From a virus: a stretch of DNA of 64,000 bases. Numbering within the stretch: the first letter of the stretch is position 1; every line of letters begins with the position of its first letter. A program made the position numbers and the translations under genes. The stretch covers positions 1 to 64,000 of IMG/VR virus record IMGVR_UViG_3300025646_000024. One strand, 5' to 3'. Below the pieces are notes generated by a model. The model did not search any database, had not been told where the DNA came from, and was given only the letters and a program-made list of their open reading frames with translations. Positions 40,301 through 50,214 of this stretch are shown one piece after another.

Positions 40301-41821
40301 AATACTCCATTTAATGGAGTAAATACTAAGTTTAATTTGTTTGCTACTCAAGAGAATTTCCTACCACAAGGAACTATTGAAAATAATCAATACCCGAGTG
40401 AAACTAGTTTGATTGTAATCAAGGATGGTAAATTGCTTGATCCTGGAGTAGATTACACACTACAAGGAGACATTAAGAGTCAAATTCAATTTGCGACAGC
40501 TCCTAGTTCATCCAGTGAAATTTCAGTTAGATCAGTCGGTTCTTTCCTAAAATTAAAAACTATTAATTCTGCTACTGGAGCTTCATTTAATATTCAAAAA
40601 GTTGATAATACAGATTATTATGCAAATAAAGATATTGGTAGACCTAGAAAACTTGAAAATCAGATTTTAGTTTTTAGAAACGGAAATATTCAAAGTCCAC
40701 TATATGACTATTACATTGATAATAATAAATTAATTTTTACTTCAAGTATTTCATCAAGCAAATTAGTTATACTAGATTTTAGAGGAGTTTCTTCCGATGT
40801 AAGTGTTGATTCTGTCAATTACCAAGTTTCGGTTGGAGATAAAATATTACTAGATGGAGATCCTGACTTAAAAGTAGTTTCTTCTGTGCTGTCTCCCACT
40901 GCAATGACCGTAACTTCATATATTGAGGTTGGCAAAAAGTATGTTATTACTACAGCAGGAACTAATTTTACAACATTTGGAGCTTCAAATAATAATATAG
41001 GTACTATATTTACTGCTACTGCTTCTGGAACTTCTAATGGGATCGCAAATACAGTAAATACTAAACGAGCATCTGGGCTTGCAGTTACTAGCACCACTTC
41101 AAATGGAAAAGTTACTAATTTTTCTATTACAAACGGTGGAAATAATTACAAAGATCCTGTTGTAATCAGAACTAAAGGAACTGGATTTAATGCCAAAGGA
41201 ACTGCAACTGTAGATATTACTTTAGGAAACAAAGTAGTTGAACCAGTTAAAATTGAATCTCAAGGATATAATCAATATTCTACTCCTATAGTAGTACCTA
41301 CTTTATATTCATATCTCTATAGACAAGTTCCATTTAGTAATTCTACAATCAAAGTAGCTACAAAATTACACACTGCAATAAATTCAACTGATGAAATTAT
41401 AACTATATCAAATTCAAGTCGATTTGAATTTAGTGATATTCAGGTTGTTGTAACCTCATCTACTGGATCTGGAGCTACATTTAGGCCATTTGTTAATAAA
41501 GGAAAAATTACTAAAATAGAGTTATTGAGTGGTGGTAGTAATTACAATGAAATAGATATATCCGTTGATGTCATCAATGGTGGTGGGTCTGGTTGTGTAA
41601 TTGAACCCGTGTTAAATTCTAGTGGAACTATAACGTCAATAAATCTAAGGAATTCTGGAGAAGGATATGATAACTATAGAGTAATTATAGATTCTGAAAT
41701 AGTAGAATATACTACAATTGATACTACTCAGGCACAACCACGTTTACTAGGATGCACTAGAGCACTAAATGCAACTTCACATAATCAAAATACTTTGGTT
41801 TATTTTGATAGCTTTATTTAA
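34355..41821 (+). CDS. gp7: Baseplate wedge initiator, gp7-like giant protein (2488 aa)
   Basis: IE.QLP.FV.ED...F..FL..YY, KNIKSFY.AKGS..S...LFR; lies between gp6 and gp8; many NG..Q.P..DY repeats. Confidence 0.75.
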   Translation: MNSLKEKIVNISSLIEKQLPNFVAEDNPKFISFLNSYYESQETKYNSLDLVTNLINYYNIGSYTPASLTQYTNLQSHLTDSSDSITVISTKGFPDKNGYLSIDGEIIFYKEKTATQFINCVRGTSAFVFESVPYNQVVYKQGSGAVSHASGSQVVNIAYYFTQEFLKRIKSEISPNLPEVLVQDLNLITFLKNIKSFYSAKGSEESHKVLFRILFNDKKVKIRLTPRGSGAAIDILNYTGKIDIFNLVSGGSDYYYELVNGNLVSEPLIEIVGSGTGKKLPGELSVPPSAQMKVTQMNSSGAITQISVLNEGENYIGPISARIRPRTFTQDQQIYNVDSNGVTTGTAKVDTWDSGANELILYDVVGYFKIDDKIIGEGGENPRAFISKAYAVTDINKEGNPAIEIISEDPTIEYPKNYVFRPSSASFYERIAIRCELLADHSSMRSLDNVNLIELVQAKDTINNISGTSFIVSEISKISDSLYEFELQKSLNYKDLYLPSSTKVTSTVSNITSSSNSTISVESTFNFPKTNGKLFVNNAIINYQSKNDTQFLNCTLVGNGNVSVVSGNNIHLYGRNCLTSGELTYFIKGYINGDRSSTPVLLRLYALPSTPIIEDGGKLYSNDIYELEVPSLKFNKTILKSSQYSSGKIDSVIIENAGTNYKVNDKLIINNVGNIGSGFSAQISSIVGKQLVSVNFAEINEQNCIVFTTSENHGLVVGDKVKFNTSLGNQTVFNVVSTTKFAVENSTNLTTLSLVNVFYITNSPTALGPINSINISNYGKNYSKLPEVVGVNSQFGTGAFIQLNSSEVGKLTKFTYDSVGDELIGNKNTKYQVKIPTSAKIINNFELASIEVLIGGNNYNSLLDKITVNGVVDLNYEFEIIADSGIIREVNILKSKYNLNSFPTIGVQSQFGSGATFNSKLKRKQLKQGDILTFGTPTSNVKAEVVQFDSQSSTLEYYVISGTISNGDAIYDSLGMIYGNIQSISNASVYCKRSPYIKYTPKFLDNLGFVSDSSQRIINSDYIQDWSYTISSTRNTSEWKNQVLDNTHVSGCRVFGKHRIENKKEFFEAKEEVFNSSVIFKSSLSNLVNLNLNLSKSTLYKIAIADVSTFSVSDIVYGSFSRSYGIITAINDNYITINTVSDTEFELEEYIFKVSVEFILENDNITNYGISFWNGIFQQPVNSYYLTESDYIPAFPVSSTDDIVLQELETPFQVLDTTLIGNQIILTKNSIPVVPSAKEQLIISIHGVVQSPSAYTLSQNILNFNSITIKPEDNLIVLYHPKLKSLTFTGSGTNYTINYTPASTCNLVVFANGVYQTHLSPLSNYSLTGNQIVFASSIINPSINLVGWYIDETVTCSIVDIGDINNRKIIDLKPVDLQKLTEYLETNSVKSPSSSYEITKDLLEGTVYTDNIGNVYGFDTKFMYSSPEYSKSYVEVLDPIIFDGSSYTFPLKYMDGNSYALINGKTNLIVNIDGNILDPKKYTITGSNIVFQNLYTSANKCTIIDFFSNYIANTTSSSRGIILDDLNVVQDGSRKTFNLSDRGVPQYVKNTADIFTVKNQVLLIPTTQSQTVSANKITLQEAPTASDITQLFYFNRQLSPANTKNVILDAWECFDGVDKTWPLTRNGILFTPVSVNNLLVCRNGVFQIPGVDYTISGTYITFDEAPEITEDIVLIYSYNNINQNSYITSFSAIAEVSTVNLGLTPPNVYDLLVSRNGIIQNPTEDFTVSGSTLTFTSPVQVSESVFIVYAHASEEIGISSVTNSTIVLATAITSGQEDGLVLYVNGTPKFNNKDYTISNGNTVTLLDGVTVDPGTVPFAIKYVTSFIVDDLGDCQNGIKQKFRLFYNQQNLIASDVASNADILVSKNGTILSPGVQYTINSERGMIVFSTPLISTDVVFMVRMYNNKLITLSGSGSQYTLSEAVTTPEREQLIIFGSKQWCSEEANDFAFQNSTTVTFNGITAGANLFAIKFDVSFKVLDQINTPFNGVNTKFNLFATQENFLPQGTIENNQYPSETSLIVIKDGKLLDPGVDYTLQGDIKSQIQFATAPSSSSEISVRSVGSFLKLKTINSATGASFNIQKVDNTDYYANKDIGRPRKLENQILVFRNGNIQSPLYDYYIDNNKLIFTSSISSSKLVILDFRGVSSDVSVDSVNYQVSVGDKILLDGDPDLKVVSSVLSPTAMTVTSYIEVGKKYVITTAGTNFTTFGASNNNIGTIFTATASGTSNGIANTVNTKRASGLAVTSTTSNGKVTNFSITNGGNNYKDPVVIRTKGTGFNAKGTATVDITLGNKVVEPVKIESQGYNQYSTPIVVPTLYSYLYRQVPFSNSTIKVATKLHTAINSTDEIITISNSSRFEFSDIQVVVTSSTGSGATFRPFVNKGKITKIELLSGGSNYNEIDISVDVINGGGSGCVIEPVLNSSGTITSINLRNSGEGYDNYRVIIDSEIVEYTTIDTTQAQPRLLGCTRALNATSHNQNTLVYFDSFI

Positions 41822-41862
41822 ATAAATAATCATACAAAAGACTAACTACAAGGATAAAACTA

Positions 41863-43464
41863 ATGCCTTCTTTAGTAACTGATAATTTTAGAGTGTTTGC
41901 AGCACAGCAGTTCATAGAATCACTTGCAGAGCCTTTTACTGGGCAAGCTCAAGATGCAGATTCATCTGCTAGTGCTCAAGCATATAGAAGTAAAATATAT
42001 CTGTTTATTGGAAGATCCTATAACTGGAATGATCCAAACGGCGCAATTAAGGAAAAATATGCCCTATTGCCATCTGTTAGCGATCAAACACCACCAAATC
42101 CAATTGACAATTTAGATGAATTGAACGAAATTTATGATGATATGATTGCAATTAAACGAATTCAGCCAGGTGATGTAGCTGAAGTAATTCGTAAAAGAAC
42201 TTGGCAATCTGGAATTGTCTATGATATGTACAGGCATGACTATGGCCCATCAAATCCAGCAAAGGCATCATTGCAGGCAAAATTATATGATTCCAATTTT
42301 TATGTGATGACTGATGATTTTCGTGTTTATAAGTGCATTTATAATGGTCAAACTCCAGCAGGCGGGGCATATCCAAACGGAAAACCTTCAACAGTAAAAC
42401 CTACTGCAACTACTCCTACTATTGACACTACTAGTGATGGATATAGATGGAAGTACATGTATACTATTTCTATAACTGACTATATTAAATTTGTTTCTAC
42501 AGATTTTATACCAGTTAGAATAGAATCTACTGTTGCAAATGCTGCAATTCCTGGTTCAATAGATCAGGTACTTATTCAAAATGCGGGATCTGGATTAACA
42601 ATAAATGGTAGTACCACATCTGGTACTGTACACACTAGTATTGACGGAAATGGAACTGGCGGAGTTGTTTCTATTACAATTGCTGGAGGAGTAGTTACTG
42701 GAGCATCGGTAGTTGCTGTTGGTACTGGATATACATTTGGATATATTGATTTATCTAAATGCTATACTCAAAGTAATTTAAGTGGTTCTGTTGTGGGACT
42801 AGGGTTAAATTCAAGCAGTGCTAAAATTCTTCCAATTATTTCACCTCCTGGAGGACACGGCAAAAATGCCATCTATGAATTAGGTGGGTATAGAGTAATG
42901 ATCAATAAAACTATTGAATTTTTGGATGGCAGTGGCGACATTCCAGTTAATATGGAATTTAGACGATTTGGTATTATTGAAGATCCTCAAATCAGTAGTT
43001 TAGATTTTGTTGAAACTACTGGAACAGTGTGTAAGGCAGTCAAATTTTTAGATACTACACCAGAAACAACTACATTTCAAAATGGTCAAATTATAACTCA
43101 AACTAGAACAGTTAATGAAGTTACATATGAAGCAAAAGGAAGGGTAATTCATTGGGATTCAATTAATAAAGTTTTAAGGTATTATCAAAATGAATATATT
43201 TCAGAAACTCAATCGTCAACAAGTAAAAATAAATTAGTACCATTTAATGGAAATTCTCCCATTACTAGTGCTACTGGATCTGCTACTCCAGATTCTTCAT
43301 TTACTGGATCTATTGCAGGGCTACCCGCAATTCAATTTTTGAATGGATACTTTACTTCCGAAATAACCCCATACAGTGGCAATATTCTATATGTTGAAAA
43401 TAGAAAGCCTGTATTTAGATCAAATGATCAGATTGAAGATGTAAAATTAGTGATCGAGTTTTAA
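41863..43464 (+). CDS. gp8: Baseplate wedge subunit gp8
   Basis: YDMYRHDY, FYVMT.DFRVYKCI.N, DGYRWKYMYT, ISPPGGHG.....ELG, Y.ENR. Confidence 0.9.
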   Translation: MPSLVTDNFRVFAAQQFIESLAEPFTGQAQDADSSASAQAYRSKIYLFIGRSYNWNDPNGAIKEKYALLPSVSDQTPPNPIDNLDELNEIYDDMIAIKRIQPGDVAEVIRKRTWQSGIVYDMYRHDYGPSNPAKASLQAKLYDSNFYVMTDDFRVYKCIYNGQTPAGGAYPNGKPSTVKPTATTPTIDTTSDGYRWKYMYTISITDYIKFVSTDFIPVRIESTVANAAIPGSIDQVLIQNAGSGLTINGSTTSGTVHTSIDGNGTGGVVSITIAGGVVTGASVVAVGTGYTFGYIDLSKCYTQSNLSGSVVGLGLNSSSAKILPIISPPGGHGKNAIYELGGYRVMINKTIEFLDGSGDIPVNMEFRRFGIIEDPQISSLDFVETTGTVCKAVKFLDTTPETTTFQNGQIITQTRTVNEVTYEAKGRVIHWDSINKVLRYYQNEYISETQSSTSKNKLVPFNGNSPITSATGSATPDSSFTGSIAGLPAIQFLNGYFTSEITPYSGNILYVENRKPVFRSNDQIEDVKLVIEF

Positions 43465-43506
43465 AATAAATAATAAGAAGCACAAAAAAACTTGAAGGTT
43501 AAATAG

Positions 43507-46500
43507 ATGCAAAATACAGATCTTAGTTTGCAACCATACTTTGATGATTTTACTGAAGATAAAAAATTTTATAAGGTATTATTCAAGCCAAACTATCCTG
43601 TACAGGCTAGAGAGTTAACCACTCTGCAGTCTATGCTACAATACCAAATTGAAAAATTTGGACAGCATGTATTTAAAGAAGGTTCGGTAGTTATTCCTGG
43701 TCAAACAGGATACAATACTCAATATCATGCAGTATTAGTTCAACCAACTGTAAACTCTATTAGTTTTGAAACTATTAGAGAAAATTTAGTTGAAAGGACT
43801 GTTAGGGGACTAACAAGTAATGTAGTTGCAACTGTAGTTAATAGTATTAGTGCCGAAGAATCTGAAAAATCTGTAGCTACATTATATGTAAAGTATACTT
43901 CATCTGGCAATATTGTCAACGGAGTTCAGTTTACTAAATTTACTAGTGGAGAAACTTTAGTCGATGAATTTAATAATCCAGTAGCAGTGACAGCATCTCA
44001 AAACGCTACTGATTATGTTGGAAGTGCCGCATACATTACTGAAGGAATATTTTTTATCAGGGGATTTTTTGTAACTGTACCTGCACAAACTATTATACTA
44101 GATCAATATTCAAATTACCCATCTTATAAAATTGGGTTATCTGTACAAGAGTCTATAGTAACTGCAGAAACAGATTCTACTCTATATGATAATGCTGTCG
44201 GATCTTCTAACTACACTGCTCCTGGCGCAGACAGACTAAAAATTGATGCAGTATTAACAAAACAAGATACTAATTTTGGAACAGACTCGGCATTTATTGA
44301 ACTACTTAGACTAGATGAAGGAAAATTAGTCGAGCAAGTCGATGCTTCAGTTTATGATGAACTGGAGAAAAATTTAGCCAGAAGAACTTATGATGAGTCT
44401 GGAAACTATACTATTAACAATATTAATCTTAGAATTCGTGAAACATATGACGACGGAAGAAATAATGGAGTTTACAAATTGAATGATGCTCTTCCAGATG
44501 GAAGAAAAGTATTAAATAGAAATCCAACTTCAGAAGATGGTAGTGCAATTAATGGTTTAGATTATTATACTATTGAATTGGATCCACTAAAAGCTTATGT
44601 AAAAGGATATGAAATTAATAATACCAGTAAAAAATATTTAACAGTAGAAAAACCTAGATCATCATTAGCTTTAAATAACCAAGGCATTTCTTCAATTTTT
44701 GGTAATTATTTTACATTGAAAGTGAATACTATTATTGGTGGAGTAATTCCAACAGGAACTACAATTCAGCTACTAAGTTCAGGAACTCAAGTCGGTCAAT
44801 GTAGATCATTAGCATTAATCTCTGGTGGAAGATTATTTGTATGTGATGTTACGATGTTTTCTGTCATCACTACAAATGAAGCAACACCAAATTTAGTGGT
44901 AGGAGATTTTATTTTTGGTTCAAATGGCAGTCAAGGAGTAGTTCATGGAGTAAATGGTAATATTATTACTGTAAGGCAAACTACTGGAGATTTTTCTAGT
45001 GGCGTATCATTTTCTAATAGTAATAATTCTAGTACATATATTATAAACACTGCAGTAAATAATAAGATTGAAAATATAACTTCAATTTCTACATCTGGTG
45101 GTGCTACTGCAGAATTAGAGTTAGAAAAAGTTTCAATTTCTGGTTCCTCATTTGCAGTAACAAGCAATATTTTAACAGGAACTTCTACTCAATTTTCAAG
45201 AGATTTGAAAGCTGGCATGAAGCTTGAAATTGGCACTAATATTGCTACACTTCAATCTATTACTGGAGAATCTGCAACTTTATCTACTGGAAGTATTGCA
45301 GATGGAAATTATTATTCTATTAAAAAATTAGTACCAAAATTAAAAACATTTGGCACTAATTTCTTTTCTAAATTTCCAAATACAGTTAAATCTACATCAG
45401 ATTTGACATATTATAAAACTATAAACGAAACTAAAGTAGTAACTTCTGGTTCAGGTGGAGTAGGAAATATCACAATTTCAACTACTGCGGATTATTCAAT
45501 TTCAACTGGAGATATTAGTGTATCTAATTCTTCTGGATTTGTGTCATATACAGTAAGTCCTTCATCTCAGTCCAATAGTGTAATTTTGGTAGTAAGTGAT
45601 GCATCAATTGGATCTTCAGTATTAGTTACATATAAAGTACGAGTAAACAACCCAACATTAAAAGGCAAAACTTCTAATAAATTTACTAGTTTACTTGTAG
45701 ATAAACAAAAAAATAATACAAATACTAAATATGGAACTAGAATTTCCGATAAAGAAATTTCATTAAAATTTTCTGATGTATATAGAATTCATGCAATTCA
45801 TGAGGCTATATCATCATCGGATGCAAATACTAGTTTATTTGACAGTGTAGTAGTAAATAGTTCCAATCAAATTCAAGTTGGTGATGTATTATATCATGAA
45901 TTAATTAGTGCAAGAGTCATTTCTATTAGTGGAAATACTTTATACATTAAGTACTTATCTTCCAATAAATTTCCAGTAATATTTACTCAGCCAATAGAAA
46001 TTACAGTTGCAGGAAATTCTAATGTACAAGGAAAATTTGTTACTTCTGTAACAAATGGAAATTATAGAGATATTACAAATAACTTTAATTTAGTAAAAAA
46101 TGATTCATCAGAATTTTATAATATCTCTAAATTAGTTAGAAATGATGGAAGACCAGTTCCAACCAACAAATTTATTGTAATATTTGATTATTATATTCAT
46201 TCCAATACATCAAATGATTTCTATACCGCAAATTCATACAATTTTAGTGAAGAGCCTTTTGCAACAGTTCCTACAACATACAACGGAATTGCATATACAG
46301 ATATTGTAGATTTTAGATATGAAACTGCTGCATCCTCAACTTCTGGGACATCTGGAACTCTATCGTCTCCTTTTGTTGAAACCAATTCTGCATTTGACTT
46401 ATTTAATGCTACTTCACTAGCAAATAGACCTGTTAATGTATTTACCTACCCAGGAGAAATTATTAGTGCAGATTATAGTTACTACTTAGGAAGAATTGAC

Positions 46501-49500
46501 AAAATTTTCCTAGATGAAAATAACAATTTATTGGCTCTAAAAGGATCCGAATCAAATTCTCCACAAGAACCTCAGGAAATTCAAAATTCACTATTACTAG
46601 CTACAGTTACGATTCCTCCATACATGAAGGATGTTTCAACAGCTAGTGTAAAAATTAGTGACTTTAAACGTTATACAATGAAGGATATTTCATCAATTGA
46701 TAAGCGTTTAGAGACTGTAGAAAATTTAACCTCACTAAATCTACTAGAAGTTGGAACTAACAGCTTATTAATACTAGATGAATTTGGAAACAATAGATTC
46801 AAAACGGGCTTTATTGCAGATAATTTTAAAAGTACTGACTTTGCAGATTTAAATAATGTTACATATACTGCGTCTATTGATACTGAAAATGCAATACTGA
46901 GACCATATCCATATGCAACAAAGATTGGAGTAAATTATGATGATGTTTCAACTACAGTGAAAAAAGGATCTATAGTAACATTACCATATACAGAAGTTGA
47001 ATACATCAAACAACAGTATGCAAGTAGAGTAGAAAATTTACAACCATTTGAAGTTATTTCATGGAATGGAGAAATTACACTTGAACCAAATAAAGATGTG
47101 TGGTTTGACACTGTTAGAACTGAGACTAATACTCAACAAATAGATTTAACCACTCCTTTTAGAGCACTATTTGATCGCACAACTGCACTAGCAGATCAAT
47201 GGAATGATTGGAATAGAAATATTGTTCCTAGACTTCAAGTTGCAGGAGGAACATTAAATGTTAGTAATACTGGTAGTGTAGACAATACATTTACAACATT
47301 TACTCAAGATATTGAAGTTGGAGACAGCATTAATAGTATTGAAGTAAACAGGTTTGTTCGTTCTAGACTAGTTTATTTAAGTGCTAATAAATTAAAAGCC
47401 AATACTGTAATTCATTTCTTTGTTGATGAAGTTCTACATGATGAAATGATTTTCCCTCTGGATATCATTGACATGACCGAAAGGACTGGAACTTTTGTAA
47501 TTGGAGAAAAGGTATTTTTATCTAATACTGATACAGTAACCACTCCTCCAGAATCAACTACTATAGAAACTACTGTAATTAGTTCATCTCTGGGAGATTA
47601 TACTTCATCTAGTACATATCTATCAATACAGCCACCAACTACATCTGATGGAACTCAGTTAAATCCAACAATTTTAAATTCTACATTTTATGTTATTGGA
47701 GAAACTTCTGGTGCAATTGGAAAAGTAACCTTATTAAATTCGGCCAGAGTTAAAACAGATGCAGCTGGTAGCTTAGAAACATTTTTAGTAATTCCTCCAG
47801 ATACTTTTGAGACTGGCAATTTATCCTTTAAAGTTTGTGATCAAATTACTGGAACTTCAATTTATGGTATTTCTGATACTAATGCAGTAGCTACATATGA
47901 TACTTTAGGAACTACTGTGAATTTGACCAGTAACATTATGTCTCTAGATTTGCCAGAAATTTCTTCTGGTCCAATTAGAGGAACTACAGTAAGATTTATT
48001 CCATTCCCACCACCACCACCACCAGCTGGACGAGATCCAATAGCTCAATCATTCTATGTAGATTCCCAGGGTGGAGTGTTCTTATCTTCAATTGATTTAT
48101 ATTTCCAGTCAAAAGATCCAACAATTCCAGTTTCTATTGAAATTAGAACAATGGAGAACGGAACACTTACTGATACTGTAGTTCCAAACTCAGTTGCAGT
48201 AGTTCAGGCTTCTGATGTAAAAATTTCTTCCGATGCTTCTCTTGCGACTAAATTTACATTCCCATCTGTAGTATATCTAAATCAAGACACATATTACGCA
48301 TTTGTGGCAAGAAGTGATTCAAAATTATATAAAATTTGGGTTTCTAGACTCAATGATTCTGATGTAACCACTGCTTATGCTATTGATAAACAACCATATT
48401 CTGGGTCACTATTTAAATCTCAGAACATGTCCACTTGGACTCCAGATGATTTTGAAGATGTTAAATTTACAATTAATCGAGCAAAATTTGCTACTAACTC
48501 AACATACACTTGTGTATTAAATAACGATCCAATTGCAGATGCAGCACTAATTCAAAGTCCATTGCAAATGACTTTGAATTCATCTGAAATTAGAGTTTTT
48601 CAGCCAAATCATTGTATGAATACTACACAAAATTATGTTAAAATTTCTGGTGTTACTTCAGATGCTCCTGCAACTATACTAAGCAATCCAATTACAATAA
48701 CGTATATTGGAAATGTTACTGTAGGAAATGCAGCATCAACTACATGGCAGACAATTAATGGGGCACCTGTCAGTGCATCTAATCCTGGTTATGTAATGAT
48801 TGATAACGAAATTATTACATACGCTTCTATATCAGGAAATACTTTAGGTATTGTTGAAAGAGGTGTTGCAGGAACTACTGCAACTGGACATAGCGGAAAT
48901 GCCCCAGTAATGTGTTACAATTTAAATGGAATTCCACTAATAGAAATTAATAAAGTGCACAAAATAACAGAAGTTATTGATTTTGATAATTACAAAATTT
49001 CAACTATTAGTAAAGCATCTTCAGATTTAAGAAGTGGAGGAGATACTGCAAAAGCTTCTAAGAATATTCAGTATGAAGAATTATATCCAGATTTAAATAA
49101 TCTAGTTCTTCCATCTACAGATATGTCTATAACATTTACTAGTGTAAGTGGAAGTTCTCTATATGGTGCTGCCAATTCATTTACACAACTAAACGAAGAG
49201 TCTGTTGAAAATAGACAATATTCTAGAATGAACTCATCTAGATTAATTGCATCCGCCCCAAATACTGCTGTATACTATCCAGGGTATCCATATACTTTAA
49301 AATTAAATGTAAAAATGTCTTCTAATTTAGATAATGTTAGCCCTGTACTAGAATTATACGGATCTGCCATTAATACGGTGTCTAATAGGTTAAGTAAAAA
49401 ACTTATAGATAATAGTGTTGATATTTCAGCAGAATTAACACCTTCATCTGGTTTCTATTCATCATACATAACTAAAAAAGTTACATTAGAAGGAGTATCT

Positions 49501-49809
49501 ACATCAATTAAAGTATTCTTGGATGCAGTTAGAACTCAAGGTTTAAATGGAAATTACTCTGATATTAAAGTATTTGTTAGAACTGTTGGTGATGGAAATC
49601 TAGGATCATTTAATGAAACTGGTTATGTAGAGGTTCCAGCAGTATCATATCCAAAATCTTCAAATTCTAATGATTACAAAGCTTTTGAGTTTGAGTTGAA
49701 AAATTTACCTGAATTTAAACAATATGCAGTAAAAATTTGTATGATTAGTGAAGATCAAACAAATAACATTAAAATTAGAAACTTTAGAGCTATTTCTCTA
49801 GCAGTATAA
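43507..49809 (+). CDS. VrlC-like large virion structural protein (DUF4815-type)
   Basis: PYFDDF...K.FYKVLF.P..PVQARELT.LQS, APGADRLKI, LARRTYDESGNY, RYTMKDI, DPIAQSF. Confidence 0.85.
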   Translation: MQNTDLSLQPYFDDFTEDKKFYKVLFKPNYPVQARELTTLQSMLQYQIEKFGQHVFKEGSVVIPGQTGYNTQYHAVLVQPTVNSISFETIRENLVERTVRGLTSNVVATVVNSISAEESEKSVATLYVKYTSSGNIVNGVQFTKFTSGETLVDEFNNPVAVTASQNATDYVGSAAYITEGIFFIRGFFVTVPAQTIILDQYSNYPSYKIGLSVQESIVTAETDSTLYDNAVGSSNYTAPGADRLKIDAVLTKQDTNFGTDSAFIELLRLDEGKLVEQVDASVYDELEKNLARRTYDESGNYTINNINLRIRETYDDGRNNGVYKLNDALPDGRKVLNRNPTSEDGSAINGLDYYTIELDPLKAYVKGYEINNTSKKYLTVEKPRSSLALNNQGISSIFGNYFTLKVNTIIGGVIPTGTTIQLLSSGTQVGQCRSLALISGGRLFVCDVTMFSVITTNEATPNLVVGDFIFGSNGSQGVVHGVNGNIITVRQTTGDFSSGVSFSNSNNSSTYIINTAVNNKIENITSISTSGGATAELELEKVSISGSSFAVTSNILTGTSTQFSRDLKAGMKLEIGTNIATLQSITGESATLSTGSIADGNYYSIKKLVPKLKTFGTNFFSKFPNTVKSTSDLTYYKTINETKVVTSGSGGVGNITISTTADYSISTGDISVSNSSGFVSYTVSPSSQSNSVILVVSDASIGSSVLVTYKVRVNNPTLKGKTSNKFTSLLVDKQKNNTNTKYGTRISDKEISLKFSDVYRIHAIHEAISSSDANTSLFDSVVVNSSNQIQVGDVLYHELISARVISISGNTLYIKYLSSNKFPVIFTQPIEITVAGNSNVQGKFVTSVTNGNYRDITNNFNLVKNDSSEFYNISKLVRNDGRPVPTNKFIVIFDYYIHSNTSNDFYTANSYNFSEEPFATVPTTYNGIAYTDIVDFRYETAASSTSGTSGTLSSPFVETNSAFDLFNATSLANRPVNVFTYPGEIISADYSYYLGRIDKIFLDENNNLLALKGSESNSPQEPQEIQNSLLLATVTIPPYMKDVSTASVKISDFKRYTMKDISSIDKRLETVENLTSLNLLEVGTNSLLILDEFGNNRFKTGFIADNFKSTDFADLNNVTYTASIDTENAILRPYPYATKIGVNYDDVSTTVKKGSIVTLPYTEVEYIKQQYASRVENLQPFEVISWNGEITLEPNKDVWFDTVRTETNTQQIDLTTPFRALFDRTTALADQWNDWNRNIVPRLQVAGGTLNVSNTGSVDNTFTTFTQDIEVGDSINSIEVNRFVRSRLVYLSANKLKANTVIHFFVDEVLHDEMIFPLDIIDMTERTGTFVIGEKVFLSNTDTVTTPPESTTIETTVISSSLGDYTSSSTYLSIQPPTTSDGTQLNPTILNSTFYVIGETSGAIGKVTLLNSARVKTDAAGSLETFLVIPPDTFETGNLSFKVCDQITGTSIYGISDTNAVATYDTLGTTVNLTSNIMSLDLPEISSGPIRGTTVRFIPFPPPPPPAGRDPIAQSFYVDSQGGVFLSSIDLYFQSKDPTIPVSIEIRTMENGTLTDTVVPNSVAVVQASDVKISSDASLATKFTFPSVVYLNQDTYYAFVARSDSKLYKIWVSRLNDSDVTTAYAIDKQPYSGSLFKSQNMSTWTPDDFEDVKFTINRAKFATNSTYTCVLNNDPIADAALIQSPLQMTLNSSEIRVFQPNHCMNTTQNYVKISGVTSDAPATILSNPITITYIGNVTVGNAASTTWQTINGAPVSASNPGYVMIDNEIITYASISGNTLGIVERGVAGTTATGHSGNAPVMCYNLNGIPLIEINKVHKITEVIDFDNYKISTISKASSDLRSGGDTAKASKNIQYEELYPDLNNLVLPSTDMSITFTSVSGSSLYGAANSFTQLNEESVENRQYSRMNSSRLIASAPNTAVYYPGYPYTLKLNVKMSSNLDNVSPVLELYGSAINTVSNRLSKKLIDNSVDISAELTPSSGFYSSYITKKVTLEGVSTSIKVFLDAVRTQGLNGNYSDIKVFVRTVGDGNLGSFNETGYVEVPAVSYPKSSNSNDYKAFEFELKNLPEFKQYAVKICMISEDQTNNIKIRNFRAISLAV

Positions 49810-49813
49810 AATT

Positions 49814-50047
49814 ATGAAAAAAGTAATGGTAGATGGACACCCAGGATTATACAGAGACCTTGAAAGTGGTGCCATAGTAAATGATAACTTATATGAATAT
49901 GAATCCTACATGAAAAGTTATCAGAATAGAAAAGATAAGTTTGATAAAATTAATCAAATTGAAAATGATCTCAGTACATTAAAATCTGAGATGTCTGAAA
50001 TTAAAAATTTGCTATTAGAATTACATGAACGAACTTCCCCTAACTAA
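49814..50047 (+). CDS. Hypothetical protein (V.GH..LYRD..SGAIVN plus coiled coil)
   Basis: Type of gene typically found after the VrlC-like gene in cyanomyoviruses. Confidence 0.75.
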   Translation: MKKVMVDGHPGLYRDLESGAIVNDNLYEYESYMKSYQNRKDKFDKINQIENDLSTLKSEMSEIKNLLLELHERTSPN

Positions 50048-50183
50048 ACAGTTTACTCTTCAAAAAATTTATAATGATATAGACACTTTGAATGAAGAGG
50101 AAGCTAAAAAAATAGCAAAGGAATTTGCTAGACTATACCATATGCAACAACATGTTGTGATGAATTTATTAATTAGAAAATAA
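50025..50183 (+). CDS. NblA-like small protein (52 aa), possible phycobilisome degradation adaptor
   Basis: MNELPLTKQFTLQKIYNDIDTLNEEEAKKIAKEFARLYHMQQHVVMNLLIRK; L.L..QF.L.......+..E+A pattern; absent from the ORF track. Confidence 0.5.
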   Translation: MNELPLTKQFTLQKIYNDIDTLNEEEAKKIAKEFARLYHMQQHVVMNLLIRK

Positions 50184-50191
50184 TATAAATA
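50184..50191 (+). promoter_or_regulatory. T4-type late promoter; related (A/C)TAAATA sites at 31736, 41821, 43465, 52522, 55875, 59220, 61952, 63682
   Basis: Each lies about 20-40 nt upstream of a structural gene start. Confidence 0.8.
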
Positions 50192-50214
50192 TTAGAGAAA
50201 CCTCTATATTAATA

